Source of the DNA: Welwitschia mirabilis
Taxonomy: Eukaryota
Length of the DNA stretch: 37,333 nucleotides
NCBI GenBank assembly: GCA_051453625.1
Contig: JBOZIK010000001.1
Location: forward strand, 6,798,027 to 6,835,359
Direction: 5' to 3'
Part shown: positions 12,251 through 22,777 of the stretch, piece by piece
Position numbering within the stretch: position 1 is the first letter of the stretch
Layout of the letters: the number at the start of each line of letters is the position of its first letter
Made by a program: the position numbers and the translations under genes
The notes under the pieces: generated by a model
Told to the model about the DNA's origin: nothing
Databases searched by the model: none
What the model saw: only the letters and a program-made list of their open reading frames with translations

Positions 12251-12649
12251 ATTTTTTTGTTGGATGTATTAAAGATCCATTTCTTAATGTTTTAAATACT
12301 GAAAGATCAAGGTTATTGGGATAGTCAACTAAGCAGTTTTCAAATCGCCTACCTGTTTTTTGATGCTATGTTGTTTTTCCCCTCTCATCCCTACACATAT
12401 ATTTCCTTTTGGCTAAACATTTAGTTGGGTGTACATGAAACTTATTTCAATTTTGGTAAGCATTGTTTTCTCTTTCAGGTTTATGTAAATTTACTCGGCT
12501 TTGGCCTAGCCCTTTTCTGTTTCTACGCACATTTAGTTTAGTTAGCCATTGTCTAGCTTTTGACCCTATTATGTGCACATACATATTTCTGGTGCTTTTC
12601 TTTAATTATTATGCATTTTAGCTCTTTGTTGAGTTTTTGGGTATTTTTT

Positions 12650-12900
12650 TCAAAACTGTAAACCCAAGTCTCATATTTTGTCATCAAATCACGTTAGGAT
12701 GTTAAGCAAGATTCCTTGATTTTATTTTTTAAACTATTTTCCTTAGGTTTTTGAGATCCTCTTTTCTCTCTTTTTAAGTGTTTCTCTTAAGATTTTTGGC
12801 ATTTTTAAGTTTCATAAGCTAAATCTCTCACATCACATCAAGTTGGGATGTAAAGCAAGATCCTCTGAATTGATTTTCTTTCACTTTCTCAAATTTTAAT
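12650..12900 (+). repeat. Two diverged ~149-bp tandem units, probably LTR-element leader repeats
   Basis: gttaggatgttaagcaagattc (12693) and gttgggatgtaaagcaagatcc (12842). Resembles the reverse complement of the motif at 27944-27964. Confidence 0.5.
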
Positions 12901-12939
12901 TGTCATAATTTTTTTGGAATTATTATAAGATAGAATCAT

Positions 12940-14809
12940 TTCCTCTACTAGTCCTTAGAGTCACTATGTCCTTCCCTATTTGTTTCTCTGCAAATTCTTT
13001 GACTTTCTTGAAGAATTCAAATGCTTCTGCCTTTTCCTTCAAGAAATAAACCCATGTCTTTCTTGAGTAGTAATCTACAAAGATAAGAAAGTACCAGCTT
13101 TCACTAAGTGAAAGAGTCTACACAGGCCCACAAATATCAGCATGAACCAACATTAAAGGTCTAGAAGCTCTCCATGATTTGTCTACTGGAAACTTGTCCT
13201 TGTGTTACTTCTCAAGTACACAAGCTTCATAAACTTTATCAGGGCTCTTCACTGGAGGAACTCTAAAAGTCATATTCTACTTGTGTAATAACTCTAGCCC
13301 ATAGTACTTGAAGTGGCCAAATCGTTTGTGCCATAGGAAGAGTTATCTAATGATGCACTGAAAGGATTTATCATGATCTCTAAGAATCTAATAGGAAACA
13401 TCTTGCTTTTTGTCATCTTCGTAGAGTACATTAGGTTCATTATTTACTTCTTGTATATCTTGCATCCTTCATCTTCAAAGATAGCACAAAATCCTCTTAT
13501 CACCATTTGATACAAACTCAATAGATTTTGAGTTATATAAGCAACATACATGAAATTATGGATCAATTTTCTTTCTAATTTAGACTTCACCACAATAATG
13601 CCTAAACCACACATCTACACTTGTTTTCTATCACCAAGCGTAACTTGAATCTTCGCATTTTCATCAAGCTACATAAAGTTATCCTTGCTTATAGTCATAT
13701 GATTGCTACATCTTCTATTAAAGTATCATATCTCATTGGATGCTTGGATGTTAATAGATACATAAGCAACAAACAGGTTATCTATAGTTCCTTTCATTGT
13801 TTTGTGAAAATTTTCATGTTCATTCTTATTTAGATCACAATCTCTATGAATGTAACCAAAGCCTATGTAGTGGTAACACTGAGAATAATCTTTATTTTGT
13901 CCTGATCTATTTTTGAACCAACAATCCTTGTCTTCTTGATTTGTTCTATCGTAATGTAAGCATAATCGAGAATTGGAATTATTCCTTCCCTTTTTGAATC
14001 CTCTCTGATAGCCGTCAGTTCTTCTTCTTCCATGAGATGAATTATTGTTACCTCTTCCAGCTTTATTTCTTCTTGATGCTTGTGCATTTTTGCTGATATC
14101 AATCTTGGAATAGAGTGCATCTTTGACAAGGGTTTCTAAAGTTCTATTCAATCTCTGCTTATGAAATTAAAGAGATCCTATTAGTTCAATTAATGAGTGC
14201 TTAGCTAAATCCTTTGACTCTTCAATTACTATCATCAGATGATCAAATTTTAGAGTAATACTTCTTAGGACCTTCTCAACAATATTCTGCTCTAGGAGTT
14301 CCTTGCCAAGGGTTCGTATTTCATTCACAGTAGTTAAAACCTAGGTGAGGAATTCCTTGATAGAGTTTGAACCCTTCATTTGCAGGTTCTCAAACTCCTT
14401 GCGAAGTATCTACAACTGAATTGTCACCACCTTGCTGATGCCTTGAAATTCTTCATGAAGAAAATTCCATGCTTTCTTTGACATCATCACTTCCATAATT
14501 CTTGGAAAAATTTTATCCTCAAAGCCTTGTTGAATTGTGAATAATGCATTATCATCCTCTTTTGCTTGTCTTTCAACTCATTTCTTTGAGCTAGCTACAG
14601 TAACTCTTTGAGCTTGTTTTGTTTTAGTAATTACCTCATATCCATTCTCAACGAGCTTCCACAAATCATATGACTTGAAAAGTTTTTCATCTTAATCTAC
14701 CCAACTAATAGTTCGGACTAGTGAGGATTGGTATATTTTGTATTGAATTTATAGCATTACTGGCAGTCCTCATGACAGCTAAGTTTGTTGGAACCCTGCT
14801 CTGATACCA
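12940..14809 (-). mobile_element. Decayed Ty1/Copia element D: PBS, gag, protease and integrase, truncated within integrase
   Basis: Perfect PBS TGGTATCAGAGC at 14798-14809. Gag ATG at 14773 leads to IPILTSPNY..LFKSYDLWKLVENGYE. Two decayed zinc knuckles lie in ORF 13726-14151. WHKRFGH, LVHADICGP and YFLIFVDYYSRKTWVYFLKEKAEAF are at ~13020-13335. Confidence 0.92.
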
Positions 14810-14811
14810 TT

Positions 14812-15032
14812 TGACATAGCTAGTACCCCATCCAACCCAAAATCCCAAGGCACTTTGGTGATAGGACAACCTTGCTTATCTTTTCTATTTCCATTCTCAT
14901 CCCAACCCATGTGGGATCATTCTAGTCACCACATGTGACTCTTCATGGGTGAGCCTACATTAACCAACTCACCTTAACATTGAGCTCATCCTTGAGCTCC
15001 ATATTACTAGCGATCTTCTAGATCTGATACCA
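14812..15032 (-). mobile_element. TRIM-like short unit (PBS, short internal region, short LTR) between two PBSs
   Basis: Second PBS TGGTATCAGATC at 15021-15032, 223 bp from the first. The interval ends ...ATGTCA just before the first PBS and contains ATCCCACAT and TTTTGGGTTG. Confidence 0.45.
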
Positions 15033-15034
15033 AG

Positions 15035-16124
15035 TATTAGAATAAATATAAGTGTTTAACACACTGAACTTTTGAAGGAATTAGTTAGCTNNNNNNNNNN
15101 NNNNNNNNNNNNNNNNNNNNNNNNNNNNNNNNNNNNNNNNNNNNNNNNNNNNNNNNNNNNNNNNNNNNNNNNNNNNNNNNNNNNNNNNNNNNNNNNNNNN
15201 NNNNNNNNNNNNNNNNNNNNNNNNNNNNNNNNNNNNNNNNNNNNNNNNNNNNNNNNNNNNNNNNNNNNNNNNNNNNNNNNNNNNNNNNNNNNNNNNNNNN
15301 NNNNNNNNNNNNNNNNNNNNNNNNNNNNNNNNNNNNNNNNNNNNNNNNNNNNNNNNNNNNNNNNNNNNNNNNNNNNNNNNNNNNNNNNNNNNNNNNNNNN
15401 NNNNNNNNNNNNNNNNNNNNNNNNNNNNNNNNNNNNNNNNNNNNNNNNNNNNNNNNNNNNNNNNNNNNNNNNNNNNNNNNNNNNNNNNNNNNNNNNNNNN
15501 NNNNNNNNNNNNNNNNNNNNNNNNNNNNNNNNNNNNNNNNNNNNNNNNNNNNNNNNNNNNNNNNTCATTAACAATCTTCAGCTCCTATGCATAAGAAACC
15601 TAAATAATCATATAAAATTCTAGCTCCTAACTAACTCTAGATATGACTCAGCTACTACAAAAAATTAGGAGAACATCTACCACAAATAACAAATTGATAA
15701 TGAATTAAATAAAGTCGAACTAACTTGAAATAACTTATTGATCTTAACTAATAAGCTTCTACTTATCTAGAGCACATGTAACTTCTAGATGACCAGCTTA
15801 AACTAAACAAGTAATTTGGTACTATATTATTTCATAAATCAAGATTAGAGAAATGNNNNNNNNNNNNNNNNNNNNNNNNNNNNNNNNNNNNNNNNNNNNN
15901 NNNNNNNNNNNNNNNNNNNNNNNNNNNNNNNNNNNNNNNNNNNNNNNNNNNNNNNNNNNNNNNNNNNNNNNNNNNNNNNNNNNNNNNNNNNNNNNNNNNN
16001 NNNNNNNNNNNNNNNNNNNNNNNNNNNNNNNNNNNNNNNNNNNNNNNNNNNNNNNNNNNNNNNAAATAAATCTAAGAAACCATATTCAATTAAAATGAAA
16101 TAACAATTTAGTTTTAGTAACAAC
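15035..16124 (-). repeat. Probable Copia 5' LTR (largely within N gaps)
   Basis: Adjoins the PBS at 15021-15032. Plus strand starts tattaga (decayed tgttaga), carries taactaactc-type motifs and has a possible end at aacaaca (16124). Right boundary uncertain. Confidence 0.4.
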
Positions 16125-16478
16125 ATTAGGAGGGTTTGTGTGTGCCATCCTTAGTACTCTCCTACATTTTCCTCCTATTTCAATGATCAATCATGCAATC
16201 TTTAAGATGATGTAAGAAAGAAAACTCTGATTGATTTGAAAACAGCTTTAAATGATAGATGTCCTCTAGACATAGGTTTAGAATGATCGACCCTAATGAA
16301 AATATACTAAATCCTATAGATGATTAATTTGAATGGCCTTCATCTCAAATTTGAGAAGAGCAAGTAGAGTAGTAACTGAGATGAGGAGGATGAAGAGAAA
16401 AGATGCTGAACGAAAGATGGTATTCTAGTCTCCAATGCTTCTAAACCTCACAGATCTAACATTTATCTTTCTCTTTGA

Positions 16479-18450
16479 ATTTTTTTTTTTGGGTTTTAAG
16501 TTTTTTGAGATCAAAAAATGCATAACATATACATGCAAGACATAGCATAAAGCATTGTCGAAGAGCTTATTAGAGGTGCCTTGCTAGATTACTAGGGTTC
16601 AAGATTATTAAAACGAATTCAAACAACTCTTGTAAATGACCCTTTACTAATCGCTTCTAGATTAGTATCTGACGAGTAGCTATTGATGTCAAAGATATTC
16701 CAAACGAAAGATCTTGCTAATTTCAACTAGGAATGGATGTGAACAGTTCTTCCTCATTGCACTTGGGCTATTTGCCACTAAAGCATAAAGTTCCCCAAGC
16801 CGAACTCAAGAATGAATCAAATAATCAAAAGCACCTTCAGGAGGAGATTTTGATAAATTTGGAGTTTCAACCTCCACAAAGTGACATACATCCTCTAAAT
16901 ACCTCTTGATTTCTCTATAAACTTTGTGTAGTAATTGTGTTTTATTATTCATGATCTCAAGGTACAAGTCAAGGTATTGATATATTAGGTGTACCCCTTC
17001 ATTTTATTTCAAGCTAAAACAGGATATTCTTCTTGCATACGATTCATCATCTTACAAGAAATAAAGCATAACTCTCCGTAGAACAAAGAAGTCTCAAGAA
17101 GTGGTAAATAGATAAGGAAGATCATTTCTGCACTATTAGTAAGCTGAAAGCATTATAAAATGGATTCATATTGCAATTGCTATAAAAAATATTTTAAGTT
17201 TTAGACCCTTAGGCATTAACTTAATAATGTTATTCCTGGATCACTCTTATTGCATGGACCTTCTTTTAGCCTAAGAAATTTGTTGTGCCTACTAAGTTTA
17301 CTTCTCTTCGTTTCAAGAATACCCATGTTTTCACTTTAGGTGATGTTGATTACAACATAGCATAAAACCTAATTTTAGAACCATTTAAAGAATAAAATCT
17401 CATAAGATATTATATTATACCTTGGCATAATCGAGTTTGATAAGGAAAGTATCATAATTATTATTTGTTTCTCATTATAAACCCCCTAAGTTGCATCACC
17501 ATTAGAGAGGATGTATCTACCTCAAATAAAATTTGTTTGCTAGGAAGAAATGTTGTTGGAAAGAATTGGCTTGAGGTGGAATCAAATTTTGTAAACCACA
17601 TTAAATAGAGTAATAGGACATTAATTAGATTTTTGAGCTAAATGACTTGACAAACAAGACAAATAACTCTTATGTTGAGAGGAGGGTCAAGGAAATCTAT
17701 ATGAATGGCTTCTTGAATAACATGAAAAAGTTCATTTCCAAAAAGATCCGAATGCTACTTAGAACCATAATAGGAAAGCCATGATAACCAGGAGCTTTCT
17801 CATGACCCATTTGAAAACAAGCCAACTTTAATTTCTCTAATGAAATATCCTGTTCTAGTAATTGATACATATCCGTGAGACGAGCATCCATAATATTAGA
17901 TCAAAATAAGGTAGCAAATGATGTTGTATATGTTGCAATTAAGTAGTAGGTGCCCTTACAAGTTGGTTATTGAACAAAAATTATTCAAAATGATGTTGCG
18001 GAGGACTTTGTTTAAGATATTAAAAAAATTCTTTGTAATTCTTGTCTTGGATTTTAAGCCAAAAAAACCTACTTTTAGTGAGAGCACTTTTAGCATGGTG
18101 CACTTCCCATTTTTGAAAAGCCATTTGAAGTTGTGTTATCTGATCATGAAACTCTATATTGAAAGGGCCTTGAATAAGTTCTTAAGAAAAATTATTCATA
18201 TGACTTCCGATTTAAGAGTGTGCAATTGTAGAACAGGAACTTGCTTACCAAAATGTCTATTAAAAATTCAAACACTATGATGCTATTAAGAAATCCAACC
18301 AATGTGAGCCTTAGGTCTAGGCTTTGCATTCTAAGGTTACGAAGAATTTCTTGAGCAGACAAAAAAAAAACTTGGAATTAAGTGAGAATAAATGAACTCC
18401 ATTGTGGAAATCATGTCTATGAATGTTTAATTAAATATGCATAAGAAATT
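16479..18450 (-). mobile_element. Decayed L1-like LINE ORF2 (endonuclease/RT)
   Basis: KLACFQMGHEKAPGYHGFP (~17775-17830; L1 KAPGPDGF motif), CPITLFNVVYKI and LKPILSNNISS*QTNFI*GRYI (~17510-17620). T run at 16479-16490 is a possible poly(A) tail. Confidence 0.8.
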
Positions 18451-18908
18451 GATCTAAAAGCTCGCAAGATAAAAAAATTATTAAAGTATAATGGCACAAA
18501 AAGACAAAGTTGAATAATAAAACCTATCAAATTGACTAAATATCCAAGCTTGGCCTATACAGAAACTGATCCAAGCATAGCATTGCATAAGATGTTACCT
18601 TGTGGTGCTTGCAGATTAAAAATCTTTAAAATTAAGAACTTTGAAAGAAACTGCTAACTACAAATGAAGAATTGGAATCCAAAGAGAGGTGAATGTTTAT
18701 CATGAGAGGATTGAGAAATGAAGAAAGAAAAGAACCAAATACTTTTAAGGAGTTACACCATTTTAAATTTGCTTTATATAAAAGTGGGAAAAACAATGAT
18801 TGATGCGGAGGGAGAAGAAGCTTATGGGTGTTGCGCCATCATCATCGTCCATTGTTATGTGGGTTCACCCCCAAAAAACTGCCAATGAGTGTAGCTAAAC
18901 AACCTTCA

Positions 18909-19372
18909 ATCTCATATTAAATGAGGTGTACAAATACAATGCACACTACAAGTTTCAAATTGTATGCCATGTGTCATCACCTCAATGTATGTAGTACACA
19001 AATTTAATAGTATTGGGGAGGCAGNNNNNNNNNNNNNNNNNNNNNNNNNNNNNNNNNNNNNNNNNNNNNNNNNNNNNNNNNNNNNNNNNNNNNNNNNNNN
19101 NNNNNNNNNNNNNNNNNNNNNNNNCACAAGTTTCAACTTGTATGCCATGTGTCATCACCTCAATGTATGTAGTACATAAATTTAATGGTAGCTTCTTCGA
19201 TAAGTGTAGGGCCTTCATCATTGCCATTCAATGCAATGATTACCACCCCTCTAAAGAGTCTAATATCTCATATTAAATGAGGTGTACAGCTGAAATGCAA
19301 AATTCAATGCCATGTGTCATTGCCTCAATGCATGTAGTACATAACATGAGAGGTGGTTTAGCTTCTTCGATT
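18909..19372. repeat. Local repeat upstream of the CpG island: copies at 18909-19010, 19125-19200 and 19265-19372
   Basis: atctcatattaaatgaggtgtaca and atgccatgtgtcat..cctcaatg.atgtagtaca recur. Copies 1 and 2 flank a 100-N gap. Copy 3 is contiguous with copy 2 and more diverged. Confidence 0.8.
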
Positions 19373-19379
19373 TTAAAAT

Positions 19380-19782
19380 TAACAATAAAGCAAGTGCCAC
19401 ATAAGATACATGTAAGGACCAACGGGAAAAACGTGTGCTGAGCCTTGTGACGTTAGGGACATCCTCTCTTGAAGGAACCATCGAAAAACNNNNNNNNNNN
19501 NNNNNNNNNNNNNNNNACTTTCGAAGAGAGTCTTGACTGAACGCCGAGATATCTCGGCCTGTGGCGGAAACGGAGACAACGTAGCCATTGGATTGACGGT
19601 AGCAGAGACAAATTTCTCTTCATTGACAGCCGAGTCTGAGAAATGTTCGCCAGTCAGTGCGGGAAAAATGCCGCGCATATGTCGGTGGCTGGTTGCGCAA
19701 AGGTTGACGGTAGACGGAGGGAACAGCGAGGTCGTTAACGCTGCCGTTTCTTTTAGAACAATCTGAGCTCTCGTCAAAGGCG
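19380..19782 (+). promoter_or_regulatory. Probable promoter and 5' leader of a host gene (CpG-rich island)
   Basis: Sharp onset of CpG-rich sequence at ~19420, ACGTGT at 19431, TGACG at 19448, and plus-strand splice signals downstream. No clear TATA box. A 27-N gap (19490-19516) hides the likely start region. Confidence 0.5.
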
Positions 19783-19902
19783 ATGTATGATGACCCTGGA
19801 GTGCGTTCAACAGGGCGCGTAGCGGTAGGCGAGAAAGATTTCCACCTGGAAGGGTGCCTGCCACATCGCCTGCATCTGCGTCTTAATTGGAAGACACAGC
19901 AG
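19783..19902 (+). CDS. Candidate first coding exon (MYDDPGVRSTGRVAVGEKDFHLEGCLPHRLHLRLNWKTQQ) or 5' UTR exon end
   Basis: ATG at 19783 is open for 40 codons to donor CAG|GTTTTG at 19903 and continues in frame through the 20066 exon. No recognisable homology. Confidence 0.3.
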
Positions 19903-20065
19903 GTTTTGTCTTTCATGTAAAGGCCGGAAAAACTTCGTTCGCGACTTCCATGGAATGAACGTTAGCGTCAGGAATGTTAGCATCGGCGTCGGGAGGAGCT
20001 GATCGCCTCCTCTGTCGGTGCATGACATAAATTACCTTCTGCGCTGATGTGTGTCTTTGTTACAG

Positions 20066-20186
20066 AATGTTCTTCGGATTTCTGCAATACGAGAGACGGT
20101 GGCCGCTGAAGGACACACGTTGTTCTTACAAATCGCAGTCATCTCACCGGCGGGTGGTAACGCAGGCTTGGCGGTATATGAGGGAG
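20066..20186 (+). CDS. Probable 121-nt exon of an unidentified host gene
   Basis: Branch-like CTGAT (20044), acceptor tctttgttacAG (20064-20065), donor GAG|GTGCGA (20187). Two open frames: MFFGFLQYERRWPLKDTRCSYKSQSSHRRVVTQAWRYMRE from ATG 20067, or NVLRISAIRETVAAEGHTLFLQIAVISPAGGNAGLAVYEG. Confidence 0.6.
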
Positions 20187-20569
20187 GTGCGAAGTAGTTT
20201 TAACCTTCCTCGTGTTTATTTGGACAACTGAAAGTTGAGGACAGGAAGTAGATGGCATCGAATTCTAATGTCTTTCAAATTGTCATCTTAGCAGTTTCTT
20301 TTGTATATGTCAATTAATGGGATAGTGTTTAAAATGATAAGATATATGTCCTTTATTTAGTAGATTGTGGGTCCTAACTTTTAGATAAGTTAATTGGTAT
20401 ATTATGAGGCTTTGTGCATATAATCATTAGATGTTTCAAATTCAACATACTCGCAAAGTTTCTATTTTGAAAATCTGAATAAGGTACCCATTATTTTCAT
20501 AGCTTTCATTTATCAGAGATAATCCGTGTGTCCGGCATGCAAAGATCAACTCCATTTGTAAGTCCATCT

Positions 20570-22320
20570 CATGCAATACCTTGAAGTGTGAGCTCAAGAA
20601 TACCCAAGGGCAATCCTTATGACATTTATTTTTTGGCGATCAGCTGGAGAAACCTACATAAGACAACATGACCTAAACACATAAAATTATGAAATCCTAG
20701 ACTTCCATCCATGTCACAATTCATATGTTGATTTCCTATCAATTTTGTTGACTGCTATCCAATTTTAGAGAGGTTGCCATGGAGCAAGCCTTTGCTTAGA
20801 ATTTATGATGAAGACTTACCCTAGCATACATCGAGCCATGTCCATGAATGTCCAACTCTTCCTTTTAACAACATTATTTTGTTACGGAATGTATGTCGTG
20901 GACATGTAATGTATGTTACCATATTCCTTGCAAAATTCTTTGAATTTTGCACATGTGAATTCACCTCCTTGATTTGATCTAAATATTTCTAGATTTATGC
21001 TCTTTTGATTCTCCACCTTTGTCGTGAATTCTTTAAAGAATCCAAATGTCGGCTTCTTGATCTAAAGAAATATCCCCACTTCATTCATAAATGATCATCA
21101 ATGTTAACAAACAAGTATCGACTCTTATTAATACTCAATGTTCACATTGAACCACAAGTGTCAATATCAATAAGATCTAACCATTCATGAGTTACAAAAA
21201 TTTCACAATTTTTGTTGCCTAGTGAATCAAAATTGTGGCCCTATGAATAGCATTAGAGTTAACCAATTCTTTGAAAGTACGAATGAACTTAAAATCATTT
21301 TGGACTTCAAGTGCATACATCGTATTATTAATCATGGATAGTACTTTATGTCTCAATTATCTTCATCTCTCACAATTCTTTAACTATTTCTTTTGAATTT
21401 CACACCATAACCATTTTGATAAAATTGACCAACACTTATAAGATTCTCTATTAATTTAGAAACATAATAAACGTCAAAGATGATGGATCCAATACCTAAT
21501 TTTATAAAAAATGTGAAGGATCCAATACCAAAGTTGGTGACTTTCTTAGCATTTGCAAACATAATTCTTCCATTGCAATTCCAAAGAAATGAGAATAAAT
21601 GTTTATTTCTAGTCATATAATTGTTGTACCCATTATTGAGATATCAGGTATCATTGGAGCCATTCTTCATTGTCTTAGAAACCAAAGCTTGTTCCTCTTA
21701 AGTGAAGAACATTTTATTATATTATTTTTATTTAACACAAAGGTGCGCTAATTCATTGTTATTCTTGTTGATGTATTCATCCTTCATATGATTTTTCTTT
21801 TTGTGATAGCTGTAGAATTTGTCACCATCTTTATTCTCTTTTTTGAAATTCTTATTCCCTTTTTTAGCATTGGCCTTGTTATTTTTTTGGAGAAATCATC
21901 TAATGATTGTGAAAATCAATTCTTTTGATATGGGTGCTTTTCAGTTACATGCATGTCTAACGTTACTAANNNNNNNNNNNNNNNNNNNNNNNNNNNNNNN
22001 NNNNNNNNNNNNNNNNNNNNNNNNNNNNNNNNNNNNNNNNNNNNNNNNNNNNNNNNNNNNNNNNNNNNNCCTTTTTTAGCATTAGCCTTGTTTTTTTTTT
22101 TTTTTGAAGAAATCATCTAATGATTGTGAAAATCACTTCTTTTGATATGGGTGCTTTTCAGTTGCATGCATGTCTAACATTACTAAGTTGTGAACCTCTT
22201 ATAATCAATAACTTTTTACTCATAAGTCTTTAAGCTCCCTATGAGTTCAACTTGCAAGAGCAACAAGTGCTCTGATACCACATGTACGGACGACATGCAC
22301 TTTGATATCCAATGCAAAGA
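20570..22320 (-). mobile_element. Decayed Ty1/Copia element C: LTR end, PBS, partial gag, protease, integrase
   Basis: Perfect PBS at 22269-22280 (duplicate at 23009-23020), ELIGSLKTYE gag motif, YLNNGYNNYMTRNKHLF protease, NLISVGQF, and QNNVVKRKSWTFMDMARCML integrase (~20825-20885). Confidence 0.88.
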
Positions 22321-22657
22321 TGTACTAAGAAAGAAAAATGAGCAAGAGCAAGTAAAGTAGATTTCAAAAAATAGATATTATCTTTCCTTCCTTTATTTTG
22401 ACATTAGAGTTTGATTTTATAGGGAAGCACGCCTAATTACATTTTCACTATGTTTTTCACTTTCTTTAAGTGTAGTATTACTATGTGACTTATTAGTGTC
22501 CTAGCAATTCTCCCTTTAACATGGGATTACAATTTCTTCTACGGAAACTAGAGTGCTTAAAAGGAAAACCTTAAAAATGTGACCTCCAATAAAATCTCTT
22601 AAAAAGGAGTTGTTGTGTGAGAGAACTACTTCACAGAGAAGTAGTTAGTTAAAGTTT

Positions 22658-22777
22658 TACTACACATCCTGTAACAATAGGACTCATGCATTACACATCC
22701 TATAATGCTAAGAAAATTTGTACTTCACATCTTGTAGCACTAGGAAAAGTTCCACTACACATCTTGTAGTACGAGGC
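22658..22777. repeat. Four 31-32 bp degenerate tandem repeats in the 3' non-coding part of the A/B family
   Basis: Core tacacatc at 22661, 22692, 22724 and 22756. The same four units occur at ~6601-6717 and ~23400-23517. Confidence 0.8.

Noticed and set aside
14798..14809. tRNA-Met gene fragments at the TGGTATCAGAGC sites
   Set aside because: Only 10-12 nt complementary to the tRNA 3' end and adjacent to LTR ends, so these are primer-binding sites.
15056..16126. Long ORFs in the supplied track here and at 6933-7637
   Set aside because: Their length comes from N runs translated as X.
19379..20028. Minus-strand ORFs of 161, 98 and 73 aa in the GC island
   Set aside because: Expected by chance in GC-rich DNA, one spans an N gap, none has a recognisable domain, and the splice signals favour the plus strand. 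Not fully excluded.
20130..20186. SWIB/MDM2-like similarity of RRVVTQAWRYMRE
   Set aside because: Only a short pattern match. The preceding LSxxLxxFxG segment of SWIB domains is absent.
22658..22777. CRISPR-like regularly spaced repeats
   Set aside because: Units are contiguous degenerate tandem copies without unique spacers, lie inside a plant retrotransposon, and there are no cas genes.
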